A stretch of 63,814 nt of DNA, counting the filler, from Octopus bimaculoides (taxonomy: Eukaryota): the NCBI RefSeq assembly GCF_001194135.2. It is 4 parts of 4 records of this genome, joined end to end, with 100 filler letters (N's around TTAATTAATTAA, not from the genome) between each part and the next. Parts side by side here need not be neighbours in the genome. Positions count along the whole stretch, not along the records: positions 32,739 to 56,610 come from NC_068991.1; positions 56,711 to 63,814 come from NC_069000.1; 2 more parts are not named here. One strand, given 5' to 3'. The notes under the pieces were generated by a model. It ran no database searches. It worked only from the letters and a program-made list of their open reading frames with translations, and had not been told where the DNA came from. Below are positions 51,491 to 63,814 of the stretch, piece after piece (position 1 is the first letter of the stretch; every line of letters starts with the position of its first letter). A program made the translations under genes and the position numbers.

Positions 51491-52825
51491 NNNNNNNNNN
51501 NNNNNNNNNNNNNNNNNNNNNNNNNNNNNNNNNNNNNNNNNNNNNNNNNNNNNNNNNNNNNNNNNNNNNNNNNNNNNNNNNNNNNNNNNNNNNNNNNNNN
51601 NNNNNNNNNNNNNNNNNNNNNNNNNNNNNNNNNNNNNNNNNNNNNNNNNNNNNNNNNNNNNNNNNNNNNNNNNNNNNNNNNNNNNNNNNNNNNNNNNNNN
51701 NNNTATATATATATATGGACATCGGTCTTTCCATATATTTCGTTTTCCTTTGTTTCTTTTGTATTATTCGTCGTGAAGCTCCAACCTCACTGCAGTTGGC
51801 ACTAAACACTATCAGCATCATAATGTCCTCATCAAATTTCACCTCCACCTCTTCTTCATTCTCTTCTACTTCCTCCCCCCCCCTCCTCCCTCCTCCTTGA
51901 TCTACCTCCGTTGGGTCAATTGCGTGATGGTGTCTGATGTTGAAAGAACCGAAACACCTAATGACCACAGGATACACTAATGATGATGTGTCGAGGTGTA
52001 TCACAGGCTGATGTATGGAAAAACTAGTCGAGAAAAAAAAAAACGGATAGTCACATCTGGCAAGCTTTGGTCATTTGTATTCTATAAGAGGTAACCTGGT
52101 GATCAGATGCAATAACAGCAATATCACCAACGTCAGCAACACAACCGCCACTAATTCCAAACAACACGACTAACACTAATACAGCTAGTGTCATCACCAG
52201 GGTCACATCCACCATCGTCGCCATCACTAGCATCTCCTCTAACTCATGCAGTTGCATCTTTGCCTTCTCATTATCATGTACTCGCGTGTGTGAGAAATTC
52301 TATTAACTTAAAAAATAAAACAAGCAAAAAAAAAATACAGCAACAATAAATAATGACAATAACAACTGTGTTAGGTTCATAATCGTTTGTATTTAAAGTT
52401 TTAAATTTTGATTTTTATTCCGTATTTCCATGTTGATTTTTTTTTCCGTCGCTGCTTTTTTTTCCCGTTTTACAAATTTTTCAATAAAAAAACAAAAACA
52501 AAAACAAAACAAAAAAAAACTGCTCAATTAAAAGTTAATCGTTTATTTTATTAAAAAGAAAGTAACGCCAGCACATACCCCCCACCACCACCACCATCGT
52601 AATAAACACCTCACCATACATGTCTTCAAGTCCATCGTGGAATCGCGACAACACCAGCCCAGCCCTATCCCCCGTTTCTGCAATCAAGAGATGTGTGAAT
52701 CCTAATGGGAAATAGTTTTAATTAATCATTAATCACTTTATATCGATATTTTCTAATTAATCTTTAATCAACTCTTTAATGACGACAATGAGAGTTGTGA
52801 GGGCGTTTTCTTTTCATTTATTGTA

Positions 52826-52869
<44 letters not shown>

Positions 52870-53358
52870 GATGATGATCATCATCATCACCATCATAACC
52901 ATCATTAAAATTAATAAGGTCAAGGCACTGATTGAGTCTGCAGACATCTTTATATACTGCTATTAGGCTATGAGAGAGAATGAAAGAAAGAAAGACAGAC
53001 AGAGAGAAAAATGTATAGGGAGAGTGGGGTCGGGAACATACTACGCATAGGAATATTAGACTGCAATAGGATAGGACAGAATAGAATTCAAACATACAAG
53101 TTTATTACATGAAGAGCAATCATAAAATAGAAGAGAACACAGCAAGGTATAAGACAAATGAGTGCAACACAGCAAATTACAAGGATTGCAAGGTATACCA
53201 TAACAGAGTACAACAGAACCAATTACAACTCACACTAAGCTCAACATAACAGCATGCAACACGGTAGAGTACATCATAACTGAAACAACATGTCAATATG
53301 AAACGAAACACAATTGCGCACAGTATTGGAAAAACTTGCCACCGTTTAAGACAGCACT

Positions 53359-53741
53359 GGTTGGCACTCCGTCGGTTACGACGACGAGGGTTCCAGTTGA
53401 TCCGACCAGCGGAACAGCCTGCTCGTGAAATTAACGTGCAAGTGGCTGAGCACTCCACAGACACGTGTACCCTTAACGTAGTTCTCGGGGAGATTCAGCG
53501 TGACGCAGAGTATGACAAGGCTGGCCCTTTGAAATACAGGTACAACAGAAACAGGATGAAAGAGTGAGAGAAAGTTGTGGTGGAAGAGTACAGCAGGGTT
53601 TGCTACCATCCCCTGCCGGAGCCTTGTAGAACATTAGGTGTTTTCGCTCAATAAACACTCATAACGCCCGGTCTGGGAATCGAAACCGCTATCCTACGAC
53701 CGCGAGTCCGCTTCCCTAACCACTGGGCCATTGCGCCTCCA
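53359..53741 (-). mobile_element. tRNA-derived SINE family C, full length
   Basis: Minus-strand head TGGAGGCGCAATGGCCCAGTGG (A-box) ... GGTTTCGATTCCC (B-box), then a ~300-bp body shared with 41125-41432. Confidence 0.88.
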
Positions 53742-54015
53742 CTTTAAGCCAGCACTACTGTACAATAAACCACTTACCACAGAGCGCTGTATGATATAAC
53801 ACTGTATGACACTACGATATGTGACACATTACTGTAACGTAGAACAACACTCTACAACACTTTATTATACTGTACAATTCATTATAGCACAAAGCAGGAG
53901 AAAGTTGAGCTAATTAGGCAGTCTATATTTGGTCACTGATCGTGCTAGAAGTAATTAATGAGTTTTTCTCAAATTGCTTAATGTCAACGAAACTGAGCAG
54001 TAAGAAAAAATTAGC

Positions 54016-54473
54016 TTCAAATTTTAGCAAAGCCAGCAATTTCGGTGAAGGGGTTAAGTTGAGTACATTGACCCCAGTGCTCAATTGGTACTTATTTCAT
54101 TGATCCCAAATGGATTAAAGGCAAAGTCGAACTCAACGGAATTTGAACTCAAAACGTAAAGACGGACGAAATGTTGCTGAGCATTTTGCCCCGCATACAA
54201 ACAATTTTGTCAGCTAGTTGCCTCAAAGGGTAACGAAATATTGAAGAACGATTTAGGAACCGAGCTGGCAGAATCGTTAGCATGCCAAACAAAATGCCTA
54301 GCGGCATTTTTGCCCGTCCTTATGTTCTCAGTTCAAATTCTGTCAAGGTCGACTTTGCCTTTCGTCCTTTCGGGGATCGATAAAATAAGTACCAGTTGAG
54401 CACTGGTGATCGATGTAATCGACTTATGCCCCACCACCGAAGTTTCTGGCTTTGTGCAAAAACTTGAAACCAA
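54016..54473. mobile_element. Head-to-head pair of SINE family A copies
   Basis: 54016-54224 (-) and 54261-54473 (+), 36-bp spacer. Confidence 0.88.
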
Positions 54474-55414
54474 TAGTTCATTACTCGTTATGCTTCAATC
54501 CAGCCCACAAAGCCAACCAAGTTTGACACCCCTGCTATAAATGATCACAAAAGAGCACCTCTACCACAAGATGAAGAACAATCTGCCTACAATAAGTAGC
54601 AGTCAAATTTCCCACATCTGCTCTTTTGTCTTATATAAGATCAGGACCCATTAGGTAAGGACCTTCTTCCTCTCCTCCACCATAAACCATCTGAAAGTCC
54701 TTGAGAAACGTCATAGCTGCTGCTATTTCGTTTTTGATTAAGTTAGTGGTTTCCTACCAGGCTGTCATAACATACTAGGGTATTGTTGACAGTATTTATG
54801 GGTGGGATAGGGTTTTAAATTTAAACAACAAAATTGACGAAAAATGTCAAAGCTTAATCATTAAGCCATCAAAAAACTGGTAGAATTTGAACTTATAACC
54901 TAGAACGACGAAACTAAACACTGTGTTGTGAGAGGCAATTAGTTCTGTCATTGCCAATTTTACTATTAATGCCTAATTCATTCATCAATTTTGAGTTCTG
55001 AACTCGAGTCACACCTGGATCTATAAAAACACAGGATGGTCACGAATAGAATACTTCTGATCATAAGTCTGCTTGTTAACCAGAGCCGACTTGGTACAAA
55101 AGAAGAAAGAACAAGACAATAACAAAATACTAAAAATCAACGGTTTTCAAAACACGGCACAACATAAATAAAAGGCATAGCAAGCAATATAACAAACTAT
55201 TGTAGAGTCTAAGGCAGCACAACACTGTTGTATCACTACGTAATAACACAGTACCACAATACTCCAGACTAATTATTATAAAGGCGGTGGATCAAAATGC
55301 CTTACGATATCTTTTCTATCTTTTTTACATTGTCGGTTCAAATCACTCTGAAGTTATCTTACTCCTTCATCTCACTTGATCCTTTTTACCGAGTCAGAAA
55401 GCAAGATTTGGAAG

Positions 55415-56283
55415 CTCTTCAGAACTTTGGCTTATAGACAAACGAAATTCCGTGAAAAATGACGGCTGGATTGTAAGAAATTTAATTCAAATGCCTATGC
55501 ATTATGAGCGTGAGCGTTAACTTTTCAACAACATAACAATTACAATTAAAAAACAACAAAATTATAACGGACAAAAAAATTAAGTAAATAGAATGTACAA
55601 ATATCGAAATATATTTCTATATATCTCAAATAATATTAATCCAAATTCATTTAGGTCGAAGACAATCTTTGGCTATACAGGAACATTATATAGGTATATA
55701 AATTAAGTAACAAGGTTTTCCTTAATCTAGAGACTGTAATAAAACGTGTAAATAAATATAAATGATAAAAGAACATTTTTGTTAGGTTTCTCTTCATATT
55801 TATTACGGAATTCTCCCTCCAATAAACTAAATAAAGAACATATTTTTGTTTGTTACTTTGAACAATTTTAAATAAAAGAGAAGAGTTGTTATGTATCATC
55901 AATATAATTGTATATTATCATTTATATTTATTTACACGTTTTATTACAGTCTCTAGGTTATGTAAGACCCTGATACTTAATTTATATACATATATATTGT
56001 TGTTGTATGTTATTATAATAGCCAAAGATTGTCTTCGGCCTAAACAAATTCGGATTAATATTATTTGAGATATATGGAGATATATTTTGATATTTGTAGG
56101 TTCTATTTACTTAATTATTTTGTCCGTTATAATTTTATTGTTTTTTTTAATTGTAATTGTTATGGAGTTGAAAAGTTAACGCTCACGCTCATAATGCATA
56201 GACATTTGAATTAATTTTTTTACAATCCAGCCGTCCTTTTACACGGAATTTCGTTTGTCTATAAACCAAAGTTCTAAAGAGAC
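55415..56283. repeat. Long inverted repeat (arms ~55415-55768 and ~55915-56283)
   Basis: For example GCATTATGAGCGTGAGCGTTAACTTTTCAAC versus GTTGAAAAGTTAACGCTCACGCTCATAATGC; mirrored ORFs in the track (YHLYLFTRFITVSRL). Confidence 0.95.
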
Positions 56284-56521
56284 TTATATAAGTGGATATG
56301 TATTGTTTATAAATCAAATAATGTATATAAGTCAAAACAAATTGCTGGCTATTTTGGTTTTTTAATGAATTTTTATGCTATATTAAATTCATAGTATATT
56401 ATGTTATAATATAAATAAATTATTGAATTATGAATTGAATCTCTCTATTTAACTTATTGTTTATATATATATATATATATATATATAAACACACACATAC
56501 ATATATGCATACATATATACG

Positions 56522-56610
<89 letters not shown>

Positions 56611-56710
56611 NNNNNNNNNNNNNNNNNNNNNNNNNNNNNNNNNNNNNNNNNNNNTTAATTAATTAANNNNNNNNNNNNNNNNNNNNNNNNNNNNNNNNNN
56701 NNNNNNNNNN

Positions 56711-56749
<39 letters not shown>

Positions 56750-56827
56750 TGCATGTATGTATATATTTTGTATATGCACACACACACACATGCACCTTGT
56801 TTGTTCTTGGTTTTGTTGGTTACACAT

Positions 56828-57090
56828 TATAGTAGGGTCGGTTGGGCAGTGTCTGTGAGAAAAACAGCACCATGACGTAATTCACTCTCCCAGAAATTTG
56901 GAAACGGCATGCTGTACTGGTTGGCATTCGCACCACCCGTCCAATTATTTTTACAAGGATTAGAAAAACTGAAGGGCTGCTGCAATAAGTGTGTGAATCT
57001 GAGGGAAATATGCTGAATAAAATCATAATTAACTGACCCTCCTGTATTTTCTTTTACTCCAAATTAGGAACTTTTCAGCACCCTCTCATA
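56828..57090 (+). mobile_element. maT 5' fragment joined to mariner 3' fragment
   Basis: 56828-56937 matches the 5' end of the 47925-48499 element; 56941-57090 matches 5020-5178 of the upstream mariner. Confidence 0.8.
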
Positions 57091-57270
57091 CAATTGACTA
57101 TAACAAGGTAAAATTTTAAACAGGGGTGGATTGTATATTATATAATCTTCTACGAATACATCAAATAAAAATCTACTGAACCAGCTGTCTGAAATTTTAT
57201 GTCATTTGTGTTTATTTATAGATATATGTATATATAAAAGAATACATATGGAAATTAAAATTTACAACAG

Positions 57271-57647
57271 CTGTTTCAGTCATTTGATTGTGGCCATGCT
57301 GGAGCACCGCCTTTAGTCGAGCAAATCGACCCCAGGACTTATTCTTTGTAAGCCTAGTACTTATTCTATTGGTCTCTTTTGCCGAACCGCTAAGTTACGG
57401 AGACGTAAAACACACCAGCATCGGTTGTCAAGCGATGTTGGGGGACAAACACAGACACACAAACATACACACATATATATACATATATACGACGGGCCTC
57501 TTTCAGTTTCCGTCTACCAAATCCACTCAAAAGGCTTTGGTCGGCCCGAAGCTATAGTAGAAGACACTTGCCCAAGGTGTCACGCAGTGGGACTGAACCC
57601 GGAACCATGTGGTTCGTAAGCAAGCTACTTACCACACAGCCATTCCT
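57271..57647 (-). mobile_element. SINE family B, full length
   Basis: Ungapped copy with tRNA-like head, CCTTGGGCAAG motif, internal (CA/TA)n and tail. Confidence 0.9.
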
Positions 57648-57828
57648 AACAATCATATGTGTAAGTGATCCAAATAAACGAAAGAAGCAAATAAGTAAAT
57701 AAATATATAAATAAACAAATAAGAATAGATGACTGTACAAATACTAAATTCTTACAGCTGTTTCTGTCCTGTTGTCAACTGTTACCTGTGTCCAAGCAAC
57801 ATTTTATGCTCTCATCATGATGACTGAT

Positions 57829-58330
57829 GCCAGTGCCTCCTGACTGGCACCCGTGCTGGTGGCACATAAGAAGCACCATTCGAGCGTGGTCAATGCCAGT
57901 GCCTCCTGACTGGCACCTGTACCGGTGGCATGTAAGAATTGGTCAGTGCCTCTTGACTGGTACTTGTGCCTGTGGCACGTAAGAGGCACCATTTGAGCAT
58001 GGTCAATGTCAGTGCCTCCTGACTAGCACCCATGCCGGTGGCACATAAGAAGCACCATTCGAGTGTGGTCATTGCCAGTGACACATAAGAAGCACCATTT
58101 GAGCGTGGTCAATACCAGTGTCTCTTGACTGGTTCCCAAGCTGGTGGCACGTAAGAAGCACCATTCGAGCGTGGTCAATGCCAGTGCCTCCGCAGTGGCA
58201 CGTAAGAAACACCATTCGAGTGTGGTCAGTGCCAGTGCCTCTTGACTGGTTCCCATGCTGGTGGCACGTAAAAAGCACCCACTACACTCACAGAGTGGTT
58301 GGTGTTCGGAAGGGCATCCAGCTGTAGAAT
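57829..58330 (+). repeat. ~66-bp minisatellite (~8 full or partial units) running into a SINE family D tail
   Basis: Unit GCCAGTGCCTCCTGACTGGCACCCGTGCTGGTGGCACATAAGAAGCACCATTCGAGCGTGGTCAAT. Confidence 0.9.
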
Positions 58331-59474
58331 AAGTGCTGGGGGGGGGGGTAGATCTGCTCGACTAAAGGTGGTGCTCCAGCATGGTCGCAGTCAAATGACT
58401 AGAACAAGCAAAAGAATAGAAGAATATATTAATGCGCATGTATGTATAAATATATATGCGCGCGTACGGACGCAAACTTCACACGTTACATCCTGTAGGT
58501 TTTTGCATCTCCGCCCCTACTTTAAAAAAATCAAAAAAAAACCCTGGTATTATACACATTATACATNNNNNNNNNNNNNNNNNNNNNNNNNNNNNNNNNN
58601 NNNNNNNNNNNNNNNNNNNNNNNNNNNNNNNNNNNNNNNNNNNNNNNNNNNNNNNNNNNNNNNNNNNNNNNNNNNNNNNNNNNNNNNNNNNNNNNNNNNN
58701 NNNNNNNNNNNNNNNNNNNNNNNNNNNNNNNNNNNNNNNNNNNNNNNNNNNNNNNNNNNNNNNNNNNNNNNNNNNNNNNNNNNNNNNNNNNNNNNNNNNN
58801 NNNNNNNNNNNNNNNNNNNNNNNNNNNNNNNNNNNNNNNNNNNNNNNNNNNNNNNNNNNNNNNNNNNNNNNNNNNNNNNNNNNNNNNNNNNNNNNNNNNN
58901 NNNNNNNNNNNNNNNNNNNNNNNNNNNNNNNNNNNNNNNNNNNNNNNGTGTCTCACCTCACATAATTGCGATGGTCTCCGTTGCTGATCTGGCAAATACA
59001 CACATAAAACCATCCTCTTAATTATCGTTTTCAAGGTAATTAATTATTATTTATATATTTTGTTAATCTATATCTCCTGCCTTGCAGTTATTCAATCAAT
59101 CTTCAATACCGCGTGTGTTTGATTATTTTCCCCCTTTTTTTTTTATTTATACGTCCCGGGAGCCTTTCGCAACGTTAAACCGGTGAATCTGTTTTCGAGG
59201 AAAGGTTTTTTAATTCAATTAATCGACCTTCAGCTAAGCTAAACGATATTCTTCTTAAATCCGCTAAGTGGCCAAGCAGGACAAACACCATCAACTTGAA
59301 CGTCTCTTCTGCGACCACAACCAACCACTACTGTTTCTAATATTAACACCTATCTGACAATCTAGACCACCATAAGGATTTATAACTAACGTTGCAACCG
59401 AAATTCTGCAAAAACACACACATAAACGTGCGTGTATATATACATACATACATACATATAAACGTGCGTGTGTG

Positions 59475-59512
<38 letters not shown>

Positions 59513-59559
59513 GTAAAAGCGAAACTACTTCCTCAATGTAGGTGACTATTTTTTATCCT

Positions 59560-60100
59560 TATACCGCCTTCTCTCTCTTTTATTCTTAAGAGTTCTTAAC
59601 TCTCTCTCTCTCTCTCTTGTTACTCCCTCTTTATCAGATTCCTTTCTCTCTATGAGCCTCCTCTCTCTCATTTCCCCTCTTTCTCACTTTGACCTCTTCT
59701 ATTTCATTACCTTTCTTTCTCACACTATCTCCCCTTCTCTTTCTCTCTCTCTGCCCTGGCTCTGTTTCTTGCCCTCTCTATATCACACTATACCCTTTCT
59801 ATCACTTTCTCTCACACTTCTGTGTTACACTATCTCTACCTCTCTCTTCCTTTCGTTCTGGCCTCTCCTTTCTCTATCACACTATACCCCCTCTTTTTGG
59901 CACACTACTATTACTACTCTCTCTCTCATAACACTATCCTCATTTCTCCCACCCTCTCTTTATCTCACTACTCCTCTCTTCCATAATTCTGACCATTCTT
60001 ACTTAGACCTCACTCTTTGCCCCCTCCCTCTATCCTCTGTGCTCCCATCTCTTCCATGTTTATTTATCGTCTGTTGTACTTTCAGTTCTTCCTTGTCTGT

Positions 60101-60151
<51 letters not shown>

Positions 60152-60453
60152 GTGATCATTCTCATTTCTCTCTCTTCTCCCTTCTTTCATTCTCCATTCG
60201 TCACCGTCTTTCATTCACTCTCTTTGTAATTCTATATACATTTATTACTCTTTCACATATGTGAGTCTTCTCAAATACCTTTTCCTCCCTTATCTTCTCT
60301 TCTTCATTTGTCATATTTCCCCCTCCACTTCTGCCCCTTGTCTCTGTAAATGTATTTTTATTTCTGATTTCTCTCTCTCTTTCTCTCACTTTGTCTTTTA
60401 GTCTATCTATCTCTCTGTAAATTTTACTATTTCTCTGTCAAACACACACACTT

Positions 60454-60488
<35 letters not shown>

Positions 60489-61090
60489 CTATCTATATCT
60501 TTCTTAATCTCTATTTCTCTGTCAATCTCTGTCTTTCTATTAGTAGAGCTTTTCCAATCAAGCCATATCCCTCTGTTGTTCTTTCACTGTTAATTCTTAC
60601 TATTTTTCTCTGTTAACCCCTCTCTTTCCCCTCTTTCTGTTAACCTCACTCTTTCCCTATCAATCTCTCTATTTACCTCTCTATCAATCCCTCTTTGTTA
60701 GTCTTACTATTTCTCTATCAATCTTTCTCTCTCCGTCCTTTTTTTCTATGTTTATCTCTTGGGTCCATTCCGTCCGATTCTTGTTTTTTCTCTTCTCGCA
60801 ATCTTCTTTCGCCTTATCTTTCTTTCTCTGTCATTCTCTCTACCCTACAGTCTCTCCTTGCTCTGTCTTTATCCATTCTGTCGCCTTCTCTCTTTCACTT
60901 TTTCCCTTTTTTTCCCCTCACCTGTTTTATTTATGCAACTTCCTAGTTGGACCCTGCAATCAACATTGTCTTTTGTATCGATATATCTATCTACCCTCTT
61001 TCACACACATTCTCATCTCACTATCCATCAATTTCTCTCACCCTCATTCTCTCTATCCACCCATCCATCCATCTATCTATCTATCTATCT
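59560..61090. repeat. 1.5-kb CT-rich low-complexity tract
   Basis: Strong + strand pyrimidine bias with degenerate (CT)n and (CTAT)n. Confidence 0.85.
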
Positions 61091-61938
61091 TTATTTATTT
61101 CACTAACCCGCGACCCTGATATATACATAATATACTATGAAAACGCATGCTCAACGTTCACAGATAAAAAGAAAAGCAGCACGAAAACAAACAGCAAATA
61201 TAGCAAACACGAAAGACAACAAACATCATTGGTAACATCAACAACTAGAAACCTAGCAGCCAAACGAAAGCCAAAACGAAGCGAAACCTTAAAACAGCAA
61301 GTGCGCCGAGCTGAGCGAAACACGACCAGCGGACGAATTATATGTGTAAGAGCTAAATATAAACTTCAGGTAATGAATGGCATACACACACACACACACG
61401 TGAGTGTATATATAATATGTTTGTATGTGTAATTTATATGTGCATGTCCGCGCGCTTATTTATATATGTTTAATTATATATGTTTAATTATATAAACGTG
61501 CTCGTTTGTGTGTGCATATATGTTTGCGTGTGTTGTTTGTGCGTGTACATATGTATGTCTATGTGTGTATATGTGTGTATGCATGTTTATGCACATATAT
61601 ATAAAAGGATGTGTGTGCATTCGTGTGTGTGTATACATATATATTTATACGTGTGTAGAAGCATGCGTGTGTATATGTATGCATAAGTATACATGTGTGC
61701 TTGTTTGATATTTCATAGTTAACTCGAAACGGTTGATTCCTTTCATTCGCAAGTATATTCCTTATAATTCCAACAACAGAGGAAAACGAGAAAATAATGT
61801 CTTTTCTCTCCTTTTATTCTTTAACATTACAACTTCCGACACAAAGAACGGAAGAATATTTAGAGATGGTCATTATACCAGAATATTTGTGACATCAGCA
61901 AATCTCTTAAAACCTTTTCTTCTTGGACGATCTGTTTC

Positions 61939-61970
<32 letters not shown>

Positions 61971-61972
<2 letters not shown>

Positions 61973-63070
61973 GTTTCAAATTTTGCCACAAGGGCAGCAA
62001 TTTGGGGGAAGGGATGAGTCGATTACATCGACCCCCAGTGTTCAACTGATACTGATTTTATCGACCCTGAAAGAATGAAAGGCAATGTCGACCTCGGCGG
62101 AATTTGAACCCAGTCCATAAAGACGTTAAGCATTTTGCCCGGCGTGTTAACGATTCTGCCAGCTCGCCGCCTTTGTTTCAGTAAATAATAATAATAATAA
62201 TAACAATAATAATAATAATAATAACAACAACAACAATAACAGTTTCTAATTTTGGAACAAGGCCAGCAATTTCGGGGGAGGGGTAAGTCAATTACATTGA
62301 CCTAGTCTTCAACTGGTACTTTATTTTATCGACCTCCGCGGAATTTGAATTCAGTACGTAAGGACGGACAAAATGCAGCTAAGTATTTTGTCCGGCATGC
62401 TAACTTTTTTGCCAACTCGCCGCTTTGATATTAATAATTATAATCTTTATAGTAGGGTACAAGGCCTGAAATTGTGGGGCGGGGCCTAGTCGATTACATC
62501 GACTCCAGTGCTCAATTTATCAACTCCGGTAGGACGAAAGGCAAAGTCGACCTCGACGGAATTTGAACTCAGAACGTAAAGACATGAATTGTCATTCAGT
62601 ATTTGGCCCGGCGTGCTAACGGTTCTGCCAGTTCGCCAATTCTTTCTACTCTGAAATTCTTGGAGAGGGGGGGGGCTAGTCGATTAAATTGAAGCCGGTG
62701 CCCAACTGAGGCAATCTTTTGGCATTCATTTACCCACTCTGTCTTCCCTCGTGAAATAGATAAAGAAGCGAGGGCGAATAACGTCATCTACTAATATCGA
62801 AAGATTGTCCTCAGATGGTACTTAGTTTATCGACCCTGAAATGGCGAAAATTAACTAAGCATTTGGAGGACACGTGGGTAGGGAGTCGCTCTGGCGAAGG
62901 TAAGAGAATACGCACACCTGGTGTTTGGGTTAGGGTTTTTGTTACGCCGGGTGGTGTGCGTATTCTTTACCTCCGCCATCGCTCTCGTACCTGTCCTGAA
63001 AGGATATAAGGTGAAGTTGACTTCACCGTGGTTTGAACTCAGAACGTAGAGCCGTGAAAAATACCGTTCG
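61971..63070 (-). mobile_element. Cluster of co-oriented SINE family A copies
   Basis: Copies at ~61971-62173, 62245-62426 and 62447-62637, plus fragments to ~63070; spacers are (AAT)n-rich. Confidence 0.85.
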
Positions 63071-63260
63071 GTGATTTTTTTTGTTTGTTTGTTTCCCGCC
63101 GATCTTATGATTCTGTCGATTGTTTCTCTCTATTAAAAGACTCCAGGCTACAAAGTCTACGGGTTGATCGATGGGTGGGTCACTGATTATATCTATCCGA
63201 CTTGGGCTTTAGTAAAATAATACACGTGTGCACTCATTCTTTCACTCTTTTCACTTATTT

Positions 63261-63696
63261 GCCTTGAAGGGTTTTAATCGAACAAATCGACCCCCAAGAC
63301 TTATTTTTTTATTCTGTCGGTTCTTTTTGCCGAACCGTCAAGTTACGGGGAGGTAAGTACACCAACACCGGTTTTCAAGCTGTGATTGTGACACATACAT
63401 CTCGTCCGACTCTAATAGCTGGCCGTTAGGGTCTGACGCTGTATGGGCGCGAAACCCTGTGTAACCCTATGAACCGACCATAACCATCTTTACCTATCTG
63501 TCTATCTATCTATCTATACACACACACGCACATACGACGGGCTTCTTTCAGTTTCCTTCTACCAGATCCACTTCCAAGGCTTTGGTCAACCCGAGGCTTC
63601 AGTAGGAGACATTTGTTCAAGTTGCCACGCAGTGGAACTGAACTCGGAATCGTGTGGTTAGGAAGTAAGCTTCTTACCACACAGCCACGCCTGCGC
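63261..63696 (-). mobile_element. SINE family B
   Basis: ACAAATCGACCCC...AAGTTACGGGGA...ACGACGGGCTTCTTTCAGTTTCC...TTACCACACAGCCAC. Confidence 0.85.
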
Positions 63697-63747
63697 GTAC
63701 TAAGCCACTATACCTACATACATTCACACACGTGTCTGTATATATAG

Positions 63748-63814
<67 letters not shown>

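Noticed and set aside
53660-53741. tRNA gene
   Set aside because: A and B boxes are present but there is no acceptor stem, and it continues into a repeated SINE body.
57829-58275. CRISPR-like appearance of the 66-bp array
   Set aside because: Whole units repeat with no unique spacers, there are no cas genes, and the context is eukaryotic.
60947-61432. 161-aa ORF as a protein-coding gene
   Set aside because: Begins in (CTAT)n low-complexity DNA and ends in a microsatellite; no recognisable motif.

Overview
AT-rich, gap-ridden animal genomic DNA packed with microsatellites, SINEs and decayed transposons. The repeat content suggests an octopod cephalopod (inference, not verified). One host gene is supportable: a Dmrt2/Dmrt11E-type DM-domain transcription factor on the + strand. 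Its three coding exons (5311-5942, 13565-13701, 16442-17808; 711 aa) have matching splice phases, and the 137-nt middle exon is absent from the ORF track. The protein carries poly-Ser, the DM domain, the Dmrt2-type RMRKRRxFADKELE block, poly-Gln, a DMA-like domain and a C-terminal eh1-like motif. Its introns hold a decayed copy of the DM-domain 3' half, a minimal hammerhead-ribozyme motif in a Penelope-like repeat (antisense), a ~400-bp-arm palindrome, and Penelope and R4/Dong fragments. The ~46 kb downstream shows no recognisable host coding exon. It contains a TGT..ACA long-TIR element, R4/Dong, Tx1-like, Penelope, mariner and maT remnants, MITEs, at least four SINE families, a second long palindrome and a 66-bp minisatellite. 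Most long ORFs in the track are artefacts of N-gaps or simple repeats. No unambiguous new system was found; the best leads are listed as findings.
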